64,000 nt of DNA from the NCBI GenBank assembly GCA_028702135.1, contig JAQVPJ010000009.1, positions 5,339 to 69,338 on the forward strand, written 5' to 3'. Both the position numbers and the translations under genes were made by a program. Below, piece by piece: positions 9,571-20,047 of this stretch (positions are counted from its first letter, which is position 1; each line of letters starts with the position of its first letter). This stretch comes from Eubacteriales bacterium. Its GTDB lineage: Bacteria > Bacillota > Clostridia > Oscillospirales > CAG-382. The notes under the pieces were generated by a model that ran no database searches, was not told the DNA's origin, and saw only the letters and a list, made by a program, of their open reading frames with translations.

Positions 9571-10744
9571 ACTACTGCATAAAATTTTCGGTGCTTACAC
9601 TCTGAGCGTGCCGGTGAGGGACGGAATACGGCTGGTAAACATTTTGAACCGCAAAAAAATCCTTTTTTGGGGAGTCAGGAACACGGGCGACTCCATTTGT
9701 TTTAAGGCATCTTTGTTTTCATGCGAAGCCTGTATCCGCACGGCAGCAGAAAATGAAATAAGTGCGACTATCGTAGAAACTATCGGTATACCGTTCGTGT
9801 TTTCAAAATACAAGGGCAGATACGGATTGATTTTGGGCAGCTTTGTCGGACTCTTTCTTATTTCCTGCGCACAGCTCTTTATCTGGGAGATAAGTATTAC
9901 GGGAAACGATAATATCCCGGACGCAGCCATAATAAACACCCTCTCGAAATTCGGTGTTACACGAGGTGCATATATCCCGGATCTTGAAATAAACATCATC
10001 GAGGAGCTTGTGCTTATGGATAACACCAATATATCCTCTATTTCCATAAACATAAAAGGCTCATACGCCGAAATAAACCTGCTCGAACGTGCCTATCCGC
10101 CAGAAATGAACAAGCCGGGACAGTATTGTAACTTAATAGCATCGGATGACGGGATTGTAATGAAGGTGGAAGCTATCGACGGCACTCCAGAGGTAAAGAC
10201 CGGTGAAGTCGTATATAAGGGGCAGATACTGGTCAACTCCTTTATGCTTGGGAAGTTTGGTCAATACCGCCCAACGCACGCAAGAGGTGAGGTTTTGGCA
10301 CGGGTTAGGGAGAAATTTACAGTAACTATTTCTCTTGAGCAGGAGGAAAAGATATATACGGGCAGGACCGAAACCATAAAGTCCATCGATATACTGGGAT
10401 ATTCCTTTAATTTTTTAGCAAAGGACACATCCTCTTTTGAGCTGTATGACACAGAGGTATCCCTGCAAGAGAAAAAACTGCTCGGCGTTCTGAAAACGCC
10501 TGTCACCGTCACGACCACGCTTTTCAAGGAATATCGCATCAACCGGTATTCTATAAGCGAAGAAGAGGCGAAATCAAGAGCTGCCAATGCGTTTTCGGGG
10601 TATTTAGACCGTATTGAACATGAAATTGTAACTTATGACTGCGACGGCAGGTATTACAAGAAAAAAAACGCCTACGTTCTCACCGCAAGCGTTGTCGTAC
10701 TAAAAAATATCGCTGTTGAAAAGGAGATAAAAATCATTGATTGA
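9563..10744 (+). CDS. yqfD: Sporulation protein YqfD
   Basis: Typical YqfD layout: N-terminal module, a central TM helix (GLILGSFVGLFLISCAQLFIWEISITGN), and a C-terminal beta-rich domain. ORF opens at GTG 9554; ATG at 9563 is preferred. Confidence 0.85.
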   Translation: MYKLLHKIFGAYTLSVPVRDGIRLVNILNRKKILFWGVRNTGDSICFKASLFSCEACIRTAAENEISATIVETIGIPFVFSKYKGRYGLILGSFVGLFLISCAQLFIWEISITGNDNIPDAAIINTLSKFGVTRGAYIPDLEINIIEELVLMDNTNISSISINIKGSYAEINLLERAYPPEMNKPGQYCNLIASDDGIVMKVEAIDGTPEVKTGEVVYKGQILVNSFMLGKFGQYRPTHARGEVLARVREKFTVTISLEQEEKIYTGRTETIKSIDILGYSFNFLAKDTSSFELYDTEVSLQEKKLLGVLKTPVTVTTTLFKEYRINRYSISEEEAKSRAANAFSGYLDRIEHEIVTYDCDGRYYKKKNAYVLTASVVVLKNIAVEKEIKIID

Positions 10745-12158
10745 GCTTCTTTTTATAGCTCTCCGAAAGGTTCATTATCGATAGTATATAAATTAAAATC
10801 GTCTTTTTAAGCTCTGCGGAGGATATATATTCATCTCTTTGATGAGCGTCTCCCCTTCCCTCGCCGAACTTTCCCCGTTCGCTCTGTAAAGTAGCTCCGA
10901 ATGCTACCGTGTTGGCAAGCCAGCGGGCATAGGTTCCGCCACCCATTGTATACGGTCTGCATTCGTATCCCAATACCTCCTCGCAGGCATTTGTGAGCGC
11001 CATGACTCTGTCGTCGCTCGCCGGTATCAGATACCCCTCCGAAGACATTACCAGCTGTACCGCAAAGCCCTGAGGGGTAAGTGTTTTTTTAATCTTTTCG
11101 AATACAGGTTTATAAGTTGTGTCCGGAATGTATCTGATGTTGAAGTTCTGAATCATAATACCATCCGAAACGCATAGCCTGCCGCCGATGCAAGTAAGGT
11201 ATTGGAACGCCTCGCTTACCCTATCTATTCCGAGCGTTCTGCCGAAATACTCGCCGCAGGCTTGAGATAAAAATACAAAGGGCTTTTTATCGCTGTCGGG
11301 AAGAACTTTTTCATTCAGATAGTTCGCTAAAACCCCTATAGCGTTTATACCCTGCTCAGGTTTCGCCGCGTGCGCTCCTTTGCCTGATGCATGGATTTTT
11401 ATCCGTTTCGCATCAAGTCTTTCGAGCTTTATCCCCCTATATTCGTCGGTTGTGCTGACATCGGTTTTTTCATCCCAGATAACAGCATATGCATAATCGG
11501 GTACTGCATTTGAAACGCTTCCGCCTCCCAGCTCCGCAATTATATCGGGTAGTTTTCCTAACATTATGTTAACCTGAAGAATTCCTTTTTCACCTATACA
11601 AACAGGGAACTCGGCATCAGGAGTGAATGAAAATAACGGCGGTGTTCTGACCTTGGAAAAATATTCGAGATCGCTACTGCCTACCTCCTCGTCGCTGCCT
11701 GCGATAAGGCGGACCGAAAACGGGAGTTTTTTTTCTGATTCCTTTAAAAAACGCATCGCATAAAGCCCGCATATAAACGGTCCTTTGTCATCCAAAGCTC
11801 CTCTGCCGATGTATTTATCACCCTCGATGGTAAGTCTGTATGGCTCGTAACTCCAGCCGTTTCCCGCAGGCACAACATCGAGATGAGTGGCGATTCCGAC
11901 CTCCTCGGGTTTGCTGCCATAAATAATGCTCGCACAATAATAATCATGATTTTCTGTTTTAAATCCGTAAACGGAACCAAGCTCGATCGCTTTGTCAATA
12001 GCGTTGGCACACTGACTGCCGAAAGTATAAATACCTTCCCTTTTTGATGCGATACTCGGAATTGAAATCAATGCCGCCAAATCCTCTTCGAGATGCTCTT
12101 TTATATCAGCTCTTTCAAGGTACTCCGCTGCATCCTTGAGTATTTTTTCTTTATTCAT
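10734..12158 (-). CDS. pepV: M20 family dipeptidase PepV (Sapep type)
   Basis: HLDVVPAGNGW, GRGALDDKGP and SDEEVGS metal-ligand motifs with PepV-like length. Its 3' end overlaps yqfD tail-to-tail by 11 nt. Confidence 0.88.
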   Translation of the reverse strand: MNKEKILKDAAEYLERADIKEHLEEDLAALISIPSIASKREGIYTFGSQCANAIDKAIELGSVYGFKTENHDYYCASIIYGSKPEEVGIATHLDVVPAGNGWSYEPYRLTIEGDKYIGRGALDDKGPFICGLYAMRFLKESEKKLPFSVRLIAGSDEEVGSSDLEYFSKVRTPPLFSFTPDAEFPVCIGEKGILQVNIMLGKLPDIIAELGGGSVSNAVPDYAYAVIWDEKTDVSTTDEYRGIKLERLDAKRIKIHASGKGAHAAKPEQGINAIGVLANYLNEKVLPDSDKKPFVFLSQACGEYFGRTLGIDRVSEAFQYLTCIGGRLCVSDGIMIQNFNIRYIPDTTYKPVFEKIKKTLTPQGFAVQLVMSSEGYLIPASDDRVMALTNACEEVLGYECRPYTMGGGTYARWLANTVAFGATLQSERGKFGEGRGDAHQRDEYISSAELKKTILIYILSIMNLSESYKKKLNQ

Positions 12159-12182
12159 TCATTACACGCTTTCATCTATTGT

Positions 12183-12710
12183 TCATTGCTTTTTGAAAAT
12201 GTCATTTCCTTCTGTATCAATAGCAACGATTAATGGAAAATCATCAAATATAAGGCGTTTTACAGATTCGCATCCCAGCTCAGCAAATGCGATTTCCTCA
12301 CAGCTTTTAATATGCTTTGCCGCAAGAGCACCCGCACCGCCAATCGCGATAAAATACAGGCTTTTGTTGCGTACCAGTGCTTCTATGATGTTTTTACTGC
12401 GATCACCCTTACCGATTGCTGCAGCAAGTCCGTTATCAAAAAGCTGAGGATAATAATCCATTCTGCCTGCGGTAGTAGGGCCGAATGCGCCGCATATCCT
12501 TCCTTCTTTGGCGGGAGTAGGGCCGGCATAATAAATAACGCTGTCCTTTAGCTCAAAGGGAAGCTCTTTGCCGCTTTCGATCAGAGCAACTATTTTTTTA
12601 TGTGCGGCATCCCTTGCGGTATATACAACGCCGGATAATAAAACCTCGTCCCGGCATTTCAGATTATCTGCCCATTCTCTAATATTGCTTGTATTTAGTC
12701 GCATCGGCAT
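12183..12710 (-). CDS. Fe-S hydro-lyase beta subunit (class I fumarate hydratase / tartrate dehydratase beta type)
   Basis: TtdB/FumA C-terminal domain signature: YTARDAAHKK, YYAGPTP, GPTTAGRMD, AIGKG, FIAIGGAGAL. Confidence 0.85.
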   Translation of the reverse strand: MPMRLNTSNIREWADNLKCRDEVLLSGVVYTARDAAHKKIVALIESGKELPFELKDSVIYYAGPTPAKEGRICGAFGPTTAGRMDYYPQLFDNGLAAAIGKGDRSKNIIEALVRNKSLYFIAIGGAGALAAKHIKSCEEIAFAELGCESVKRLIFDDFPLIVAIDTEGNDIFKKQ

Positions 12711-12712
12711 GT

Positions 12713-13378
12713 TTACTCCGCACTTTTATGTTCTGCCGATAAAAGCGCTTCGACAGCGCATATGGATTCGGCAATTTGCTTGCGTCGCTGATCAAGACCC
12801 GCACTTACAAAGACCTGCTTTTTTTCGTATTCGGATATCATCCTGTAAATGCTTCCCGCGCGCTTATCAGCCTCTGCAACAAGGCGCATAATCTCGTTGT
12901 CAGCCTCAGTTCTCGCTTTTGCAAGAATCTCCTGCGCTTCCGCTTTCGCCTTTTGTATTATTTCCTGCGAACGCACATCCGCAATCAGCAACTTCTCGCC
13001 CATCTGCTCGCAGAGCTGCTTGTATTTAAGCTGGCTTTCTTTATCCCCGTCTGTTTCTCCCGCATCAGCGGAGGACACCTCCGGAGCCGGTGTTTTTTCC
13101 TCGGGTTTATCCGGTTGTGCAGACAATCTGTCAATCTCTTTTTGAAGGTTATGCTTATCTGTTTCAAGGTTACTGATTTCAAAGGTGAGCTTTTCGAGTT
13201 GAGAAAGGGACTCCTCATATTTCCTTGTAATCTCGTCTTTTTCGCTGTTTAATCTCTTGACTGTATCAGAGTATTCAACCTGCTTCTGCTGTATATCGCT
13301 GTTCAGCTTAATTATAAACGCTTCCACTTCCTCCGGACTGTAACCCTTAAATACCTTGTTGAAGTAAATTTTATTCAA
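12713..13378 (-). CDS. DivIVA domain protein
   Basis: N-terminal DivIVA motif (FNKVFKGYSPEEVEAFI) followed by long coiled-coil sequence. Confidence 0.75.
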   Translation of the reverse strand: MNKIYFNKVFKGYSPEEVEAFIIKLNSDIQQKQVEYSDTVKRLNSEKDEITRKYEESLSQLEKLTFEISNLETDKHNLQKEIDRLSAQPDKPEEKTPAPEVSSADAGETDGDKESQLKYKQLCEQMGEKLLIADVRSQEIIQKAKAEAQEILAKARTEADNEIMRLVAEADKRAGSIYRMISEYEKKQVFVSAGLDQRRKQIAESICAVEALLSAEHKSAE

Positions 13379-13489
13379 AATAGCATCTCCTTATACGCTT
13401 ATATAACTATTCTCTCTCATATGGATATTATCATAAAACCCTGTTCTTGTCAATATTTTCGGTTTTTGATGTATTAATTCTATGGCAAG

Positions 13490-14242
13490 TCAAAGCCTGC
13501 GCATCGTTATGCTGTCGGGCAGAAGCTTAGTTAAAACTCTGTATACTTTATAAATCAGCCTGTTCGTATATACTCCTCTGCCCTTTCTTGCTTTCATGAT
13601 AGATTTCAGGGCAACCTGTCTGACATCGCACCTCGGCAAAACAGAAAACAGCGAAGGCTTGCCGTCGATTTCCGCAACCGCTGTGAACTCCGTTTCCATT
13701 GGTCCAGGACATACCGCAAGCACATTTACACCGCTTTTCCTCAATTCGCGCCGCAACGCCTTAGCAAACGCAAGGACATAAGCTTTTGTCGCACTGTATA
13801 CGCTCATGCGCGGTGTGGGTGAGAATGCCGCTATTGAGGAGACTTGAATTATACAAGAACCTTTTTCCATATACGGAGCGGTCATCAGAGAGATTGCAGT
13901 TAGCGCAGCGCAGTTTAACATCACCATATCCCGTTGTTCAAAGACGGGCAGCTCCATAACGTCGCCAAGCTTTCCGAAGCCGGCATTATTGATAAGAATA
14001 GTAACCTCCGGCTTTTTTTCTGCAAGATACTTTTCGTAAGTCAAAAGGCTCTCTTTTTCGGTCAGGTCAACAGGGAGAACAAAACTTTTTACCTTCGGAT
14101 TGGCAGACGCAAGAGCGGTAAGCTTGTCCTCCCTGCGGGCAATAAGCCAAAACTCCTCGATTTCAGGACAAATCTCCGTCAGTACCTTAAAATATTCCAT
14201 ACCGAGCCCCGAAGACGCACCTGTGATGATAGCCGTTTTCAT
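13490..14242 (-). CDS. SDR family oxidoreductase
   Basis: TGASSGLG cofactor motif, NNAG, and catalytic YSATKAY. Start is set at ATG 14242 behind GGAGGTATCT; the longer ORF-track start lacks an RBS and would overlap the next gene. Confidence 0.88.
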   Translation of the reverse strand: MKTAIITGASSGLGMEYFKVLTEICPEIEEFWLIARREDKLTALASANPKVKSFVLPVDLTEKESLLTYEKYLAEKKPEVTILINNAGFGKLGDVMELPVFEQRDMVMLNCAALTAISLMTAPYMEKGSCIIQVSSIAAFSPTPRMSVYSATKAYVLAFAKALRRELRKSGVNVLAVCPGPMETEFTAVAEIDGKPSLFSVLPRCDVRQVALKSIMKARKGRGVYTNRLIYKVYRVLTKLLPDSITMRRL

Positions 14243-14291
14243 AGATACCTCCAAAAACAGAATTTGAGTGTGATTTATATAAGAAAAAGGA

Positions 14292-15587
14292 TTGATTCTT
14301 TTGTATATAGAGGAAATAAAAAACATAATATGGGGTATGCCGACCGTTTTTTTAATTTCGGCTGTCGGGATTTATTTCACTGTAAAAAGCGGATGGTTCC
14401 CGATAACAGGGATCAAGGAGATACTCCGTTCGACGTTAGGTTCACTGTGGGGTAAAAACAGAGATAAGAGAAAAAACAGCGTGACCTCGTTTATGGCTGT
14501 TGCGACCGCTATCGGCGGAACAGTGGGGGTAGGCAGCATTATAGGAGTCGGTTATGCCATCACCTCAGGCGGTGCGGGCAGCTTATTCTGGATGTGGATA
14601 AGCGGTTTCTTCGGTATGATGATTAAGTACGCTGAGGTTTATATCGCGGTAAAATACCGAAAAAAGAAAAGCGACGGATACGCCGGGGGCGCCATGTACT
14701 GCTTATGGGATTTCGGTTATAAAAGGTTGGGTGTTCTGTTCGCTCTCTTATGTATCTTCGCTTCCATCGGAGTCGGCAACCTTACGCAGACCAATGCGGT
14801 TTCACATGTTTTGCAGGATACCGGTATCCCTCTAACCTTTACAGGGTTCATTCTCTGTTTTCTTTTCGCTTTGATTATCCTCGGAGGTCAGCGTAAAATC
14901 GCACGAATAAGCGCTTTTGTTGTGCCGGCGGTATCCCTGATTTATCTCATCTGCTCTTTTTATATTCTGCTCCGTTTTCTGCCCGAGATACCTGACGTTT
15001 TCAGAAGAATCTTCAGTGAGGCTCTCGGATACAAGGCAGCACTCGGTGGTTTTTCGGGTACGATGATATCGCAGTCGATACGTGTGGGTTTTGCCCGTGG
15101 TGTGTTTTCAAACGAGGCAGGTATGGGGTCTTCACCCATCGCACACGCGGCGGCGGAGAACTGCACACCGCATACGCAGGGTATGTGGGGTATAACCGAA
15201 ATTATTATCGATACTTTTGTTGTGACAACCCTTTCAGGTCTTACCCTGCTATGCGCGGGAGCGAACGGAGCGAGCGAACTGTTCGAACTCTGCTTCGGCA
15301 GAGTAGGCATACACCTGCTCGGTGTACTGCTCACCGTGTTCGCTCTCGCTTCCATGATTAGCTGGTGTTTTTACAGTGAGGTATGCATACTCTTTTTAAC
15401 ACAAAAAAAGGTTTATCTTACCGTTTACAGGTTAATTTCCATCGCCGCCACTTTTTTCGGTGCGCTGATGTCCGTAACGGTTATCTGGGATATAGCCGAT
15501 ATTTTCAACGGGCTGATGATTTTCCCAAATATGTTCTTATTGATTATAAAAAACAATGATATAACTAACCGCAGAAAAAACATTTAA
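14292..15587 (+). CDS. Alanine/glycine:cation symporter (AGCS) family protein
   Basis: Polytopic membrane protein with AGCS hallmarks (IWGMPTVFL...GIYFT, SNEAGMGSSPIAHAAA). TTG start. Confidence 0.85.
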   Translation: MILLYIEEIKNIIWGMPTVFLISAVGIYFTVKSGWFPITGIKEILRSTLGSLWGKNRDKRKNSVTSFMAVATAIGGTVGVGSIIGVGYAITSGGAGSLFWMWISGFFGMMIKYAEVYIAVKYRKKKSDGYAGGAMYCLWDFGYKRLGVLFALLCIFASIGVGNLTQTNAVSHVLQDTGIPLTFTGFILCFLFALIILGGQRKIARISAFVVPAVSLIYLICSFYILLRFLPEIPDVFRRIFSEALGYKAALGGFSGTMISQSIRVGFARGVFSNEAGMGSSPIAHAAAENCTPHTQGMWGITEIIIDTFVVTTLSGLTLLCAGANGASELFELCFGRVGIHLLGVLLTVFALASMISWCFYSEVCILFLTQKKVYLTVYRLISIAATFFGALMSVTVIWDIADIFNGLMIFPNMFLLIIKNNDITNRRKNI

Positions 15588-15648
15588 CGCAATATCAAAT
15601 CGATTATGCTTACATATAGAGTTAAAACAACGAAAGGAACGGATATCT

Positions 15649-18156
15649 GTGTGGCATTCAAAAACGACATCATTTATTTATGACGCTCTCTCAACCTCCC
15701 CCGTGGGACTTACCTCGGCGGAAGCATCAAAGCGTCTTGCTGAAAATGGAAAAAACCTTCTGGAACAAAAGAAAAAAAAGGGTATAATAGCTCGGTTTTT
15801 ATCAGCACTTACGGATAAAATGATAATAATACTGCTGATTTCAGCGGCGGTATCATATGCTGCTTCGGTAATCAGCGGCGAAAAAAACATCGACCCTGTC
15901 CTGATATTGATTATTGTTTTTCTTAACACCACAATAGGAATGATACAGGAAAGCAGAGCAGAAAAAGCTCTTGAGGCGCTGCGCTCCCTGTCTTCGCCCG
16001 AATCAGTCGTCATAAGAGATGAAAAAGCGGTTAGAATAAGGAGCGAGGATATCGTCAAAGGCGACATAGTGCTTTTGGAAAAGGGTTGCTTCGTACCGGC
16101 TGATATAAGGCTTACAGATATCAACGAGCTCCAAATAGACGAGTCGGCGCTTACTGGCGAATCCTTCGGCGTCATGAAACATACAGAGCGCATCTCTGCG
16201 GAAAACGCCCATATAACCGAAAAGCACAATATGGCATGGTCAGGTACCGCAATCATTGCCGGAAAAGGCAGAGGTGTGGTAGTTGCAACGGGAATGGAAA
16301 CCTATGTAGGTAAAATTGCAAAAATGCTTAACGTAGAAACTACTGTCAAGACCCCGCTACAACAGCGACTGACAAGGGTTAGCGGTATCCTCGGGAATGC
16401 GGCGCTTTTTATCTGTGCGGTGATTTTTGTTCTTTCTATAATAGAAGGATTGCCTGTTGACGAAATGTTTCTTACCTCAGTAAGTCTTTCCGTTGCTGCG
16501 ATTCCCGAAGGACTTCCGGCAATAGTAACAATCGTGTTATCCGTCGGAGTTCAGGTTATGGCAAAGAAGAAAGCCGTAGTTAAAAGACTTCCCGCTGTCG
16601 AAACACTCGGCTGTGCAAGCGTTATATGCTCGGATAAAACAGGCACTCTGACCCAAAATAAGATGACGGTTACTGAAGTCTATGGTGATAAAAGAAAGCT
16701 GTCACTGCTTTTTATATTATGTAATGATTTATCCTCTCCTACCGAAAACGCACTTTATGACTATGCTAAAAAAATAATACCCGATACCGATTCAATTGTC
16801 AACAAATACGGACGCATCAGTGAAATTCCGTTCGATTCGAAAAAAAAGCTTATGATAACGACACACAGATATAACAACCGCTTAATTACATACATAAAGG
16901 GTGCGCCCGATGTTCTGTTCCCGCTGTGCAAGAGTAATATCAGTGCCGCGGAGAGGGCTGTAACCGATATGGCGAGCAGGGCTCTGAGAGTGATGGCTTT
17001 TGGTAAATACGAGAGCTCAAGCCCTCCCGCAAACCCGCTTTCGATAAGCTATGAGCTTGTCGGTCTTTGCGGAATGCTCGATCCTCCGCGGCCGGAGGTA
17101 TATGAGGCGGTTGCAGTATGCAAACGCGCCGGAATCCGCCCGGTTATGATAACGGGTGATCATCTTGATACTGCGGTAGCCATAGGCAAGAGCATAGGTA
17201 TTTATAGCGACGGCGATGAATGCCATACCGAAAAGGAATTATCTGGTCTTGACGATATTCAGCTCTCGGAGGCGGTCAAAAACTGCACTATATTTGCCAG
17301 AACCACTCCCGAATTCAAGGTAAAAATCGTTGATGCTTATCAGCGGAACGGAATGGTAGTAGCCATGACGGGCGACGGCGTAAACGACGCTCCCGCTTTG
17401 AAGAAAGCGGATATAGGCTGCGCTATGGGCATCGGAGGCACCGATGTCGCAAAGGAAGCGGCGGATATCATCCTTACAGACGATAATTTTTCCACTATCG
17501 TCGAAGCGGTCAGGCAGGGTCGAGGAATATATTCCAACATTAAAAAAGCGGTACATTTTCTTCTGTCGTGTAATATAGGTGAGATATTGACGGTTTTCTT
17601 TGCAATATTGCTGAGATTTCCTGCTCCGCTCACGGCGATACAGCTCTTATGGGTTAACCTTGTAACGGACAGTCTGCCTGCAATATCTCTCGGCTTGGAA
17701 AAAGCAGACCGTGATGTTATGGAGCAAAAGCCGATAAAAAAAGGCGAGTCACTCTTTGCACGGGGTATGGCGCTTGAAATGATTGCCGGAGGCGTTCTTA
17801 TCGGAACTGTTTCACTGATCGCTTACTTTATCGGTTTAAATAGCGGCAGCCAGCAGCTCGGACGCACAATGTGCTTTTTGGTGTTATCCGTTTCTCAGCT
17901 TTTTCATTCTTTGAATATTCACAGCAGAAAATCTATTTTTAAGTCGAGCGTGTTTAAAAACCCTTATCTGATCATCTCCTTTATAGTCTGCGTCGCCCTC
18001 CAGCTCGCCGTTGTAGTCGTGCCTTTTTTGGCTACCCTGTTCGGTTCGGTGCCACTTAATACCAAACAATGGATGATTATATTGTTTTTTTCGATATTTC
18101 CGTTAATATTTGCTGAAATTTACAAACTATTAATAAATAAGTGTAATAATAATTAA
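15649..18156 (+). CDS. P-type ATPase, Ca2+-transporting (P2 type)
   Basis: DKTGTLT phosphorylation site, PEGLP in TM4, TGDGVNDAPALKKADIG hinge motif, and about 10 TM helices. GTG start. Confidence 0.9.
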   Translation: MWHSKTTSFIYDALSTSPVGLTSAEASKRLAENGKNLLEQKKKKGIIARFLSALTDKMIIILLISAAVSYAASVISGEKNIDPVLILIIVFLNTTIGMIQESRAEKALEALRSLSSPESVVIRDEKAVRIRSEDIVKGDIVLLEKGCFVPADIRLTDINELQIDESALTGESFGVMKHTERISAENAHITEKHNMAWSGTAIIAGKGRGVVVATGMETYVGKIAKMLNVETTVKTPLQQRLTRVSGILGNAALFICAVIFVLSIIEGLPVDEMFLTSVSLSVAAIPEGLPAIVTIVLSVGVQVMAKKKAVVKRLPAVETLGCASVICSDKTGTLTQNKMTVTEVYGDKRKLSLLFILCNDLSSPTENALYDYAKKIIPDTDSIVNKYGRISEIPFDSKKKLMITTHRYNNRLITYIKGAPDVLFPLCKSNISAAERAVTDMASRALRVMAFGKYESSSPPANPLSISYELVGLCGMLDPPRPEVYEAVAVCKRAGIRPVMITGDHLDTAVAIGKSIGIYSDGDECHTEKELSGLDDIQLSEAVKNCTIFARTTPEFKVKIVDAYQRNGMVVAMTGDGVNDAPALKKADIGCAMGIGGTDVAKEAADIILTDDNFSTIVEAVRQGRGIYSNIKKAVHFLLSCNIGEILTVFFAILLRFPAPLTAIQLLWVNLVTDSLPAISLGLEKADRDVMEQKPIKKGESLFARGMALEMIAGGVLIGTVSLIAYFIGLNSGSQQLGRTMCFLVLSVSQLFHSLNIHSRKSIFKSSVFKNPYLIISFIVCVALQLAVVVVPFLATLFGSVPLNTKQWMIILFFSIFPLIFAEIYKLLINKCNNN

Positions 18157-18205
18157 CTATTTATATGATACAATTTATTTGTTATGATGAAATTGGGGGA
18201 TGTTT

Positions 18206-19228
18206 ATGGAAAAAAAACTACCCGTTATCGGTGAACAAGCTCTTGTGCTTAGTCAGGACAACGGTAAGTATCTGCGTATACACGGCAGATACACGATCAA
18301 GCAGGATTGTCTTGCATTTGACTGGGTGAACAGCGGAATAAGCTTCAACTTTTCCGGAACCGGCTTTATTCTTTCCTTTGGAAGTTATTCAGCAGATCAA
18401 CCGGCTTATGTCAAGGTATTTCTCGACGGTGTCGAGCAGCGTTTCGCTATCACAAACGGCAGCGAAAAAATCATTTACGAGAACCTGGCGGAAAAAAGGC
18501 ACAGAGTTACCATTTTGAGGATTACGGAAGGTTCCACACCACTCTTGTTCAAGGATCTTGTTTTTATGGGAATGGAGTACAAGGTCATGGCGCCGCCCTT
18601 TGACAAACCGAGAAAAATCGAGTTTTTGGGTGATTCTATAACCTGCGGATACGGTGTTATTGCAAATCCGAGCGAGACTTCATACTACACCTATCAACAG
18701 GACAGCACTATGACTTATGCCTATTTTACCGCAAAGGAACTTGACGCAGATGCGCATTACGAGTGTATTTCCGGTAAAGGCATCGTATGCAACTGCCTCG
18801 GAGAGAAGGATTACGAGATACCGCTCTTCTTCGAGCACGCCTCTCAAAGCGGTGAGCCCTGGGATTTTTCAAAATGGACACCGAACATTGTTGTTATCAA
18901 TGCAGGTACAAACGATGCTGCCGGTGCGATACCCGACCAGTTATACACCGAGGCATGCATAAGCTTTTTCAAGCAGATACGTTCAAGGTACGCCGAAGCT
19001 GATATTATATGGGTGTACGGTATGTTAAACGACAAGTATATATCAGCTATTAAATCAGCCGTAAGAGAGCTGAACAAAACCGAAGAGAAAATTCATTTTC
19101 TATACGTTGAGAGCATCAATCAGATGAAGGGTGAAACCGGAGCAAACGGTCATCCGAACACAAGAGCAAATATGCGGGTTTCAAAGTTGCTGGTCAAAAA
19201 GATTAAATCGATTACTGACTGGAAATAG
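18206..19228 (+). CDS. SGNH hydrolase with N-terminal beta-sandwich (CE2-like acetyl esterase)
   Basis: GDSITCGYG (block I Ser), NAGTNDA (block III), and a C-terminal GHP His. The N-terminal module of about 130 aa matches CE2 architecture. ATG 18206 lies 5 nt after GGGGGA. Confidence 0.7.
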   Translation: MEKKLPVIGEQALVLSQDNGKYLRIHGRYTIKQDCLAFDWVNSGISFNFSGTGFILSFGSYSADQPAYVKVFLDGVEQRFAITNGSEKIIYENLAEKRHRVTILRITEGSTPLLFKDLVFMGMEYKVMAPPFDKPRKIEFLGDSITCGYGVIANPSETSYYTYQQDSTMTYAYFTAKELDADAHYECISGKGIVCNCLGEKDYEIPLFFEHASQSGEPWDFSKWTPNIVVINAGTNDAAGAIPDQLYTEACISFFKQIRSRYAEADIIWVYGMLNDKYISAIKSAVRELNKTEEKIHFLYVESINQMKGETGANGHPNTRANMRVSKLLVKKIKSITDWK

Positions 19229-19273
19229 TCTTTAAAACACGCGGTTTACTAACACATGGATTTCCATATCAAT

Positions 19274-19309
19274 AAAAAAGCGTCTCGGTAATTCCGTAAC
19301 GCTTTTTTT
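19274..19309. terminator. Bidirectional intrinsic terminator between convergent genes
   Basis: AAAAAAGCGT...ACGCTTTTTTT hairpin with A/T runs on both sides. Confidence 0.65.
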
Positions 19310-19333
19310 ATTTGTTTCACATTAAACGACAGG

Positions 19334-20047
19334 TTAATAATATCTGCTGCTCTTTCCATACCTGCTGTTATTATACTTCTTCGTATTCTCCTCGTTAGCA
19401 TCGTTGAGAATTAGACCTAAAACCTTCGCATCAATAAACTTTAGCGATTGAAGTGCCTTGTCAAGCTCGGTGTACGTGCTTATCTTTCTTCTCACTACGA
19501 CAATTACTCCATCGGCTATTTTTGCCAAAGGCAGAGCGTCTGACACTATATTTATAGGCGGCGTATCCATAATAATATAATCGAATCTCGATTCAAGCTT
19601 GGATATCAACTGCTGCATCTTTAAGCTTGCGAGCATTTCGGAAGGGTTCGGAGCAGAGATTCCTGCCGGAATAACAAACAGGTTCTCAAACTTTGTCGCC
19701 TGTATCGATTCCTCAACGGTAGCAAGTCCGCTTAAAACATTTGTCACTCCCGGATCTCTTGCTATTCCAAACGCTTTATGCACCTTGGAAAGACGAAGGT
19801 CACAGTCTATAAACAGCACCTTATTGAACGCTTGTGCCAGCGAAATCGCAATGTTCACAGAGGTGGTTGACTTTCCCTCCGCCTGTAGTGAGCTTGTTAT
19901 TACAATCTTTTTACATTCGTCTTTTATTACCGAAAGTACTATATTGGTACGAATCGCCTTATATGCTTCCTGAACTCCGAAAAGCTCCGTGTTGCTGTAT
20001 GCGTAATCGAACGCGACTCTGTTGCTGTTCTTGGGTTCCGCCGTCAT
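19334..20047 (-). CDS. CpsD/CapB-type tyrosine autokinase (BY-kinase)
   Basis: Walker A motif (AEGKST), Walker A'/B-like segments (LFIDCDLR, IIMDTPP), and a C-terminal Tyr cluster (YNNSRYGKSSRYY). Confidence 0.85.
   Translation of the reverse strand: MTAEPKNSNRVAFDYAYSNTELFGVQEAYKAIRTNIVLSVIKDECKKIVITSSLQAEGKSTTSVNIAISLAQAFNKVLFIDCDLRLSKVHKAFGIARDPGVTNVLSGLATVEESIQATKFENLFVIPAGISAPNPSEMLASLKMQQLISKLESRFDYIIMDTPPINIVSDALPLAKIADGVIVVVRRKISTYTELDKALQSLKFIDAKVLGLILNDANEENTKKYNNSRYGKSSRYY

Noticed and set aside
12136-13252. Several 80-160-aa ORFs antisense to the hydro-lyase beta and DivIVA genes, and similar antisense ORFs throughout the track
   Set aside because: They are shadow frames of well-supported genes on the opposite strand, with repetitive or low-complexity translations and no RBS.
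14243-14326. Longer N-terminal extensions offered by the ORF track for the SDR gene, and likewise for spoIIID (34264-34392), polA (26228-26293) and the Gfo/Idh/MocA gene (21879-21932)
   Set aside because: In each case an internal ATG with a strong Shine-Dalgarno sequence coincides with the conserved family N-terminus. The extensions lack an RBS and in one case would overlap the neighbouring gene.
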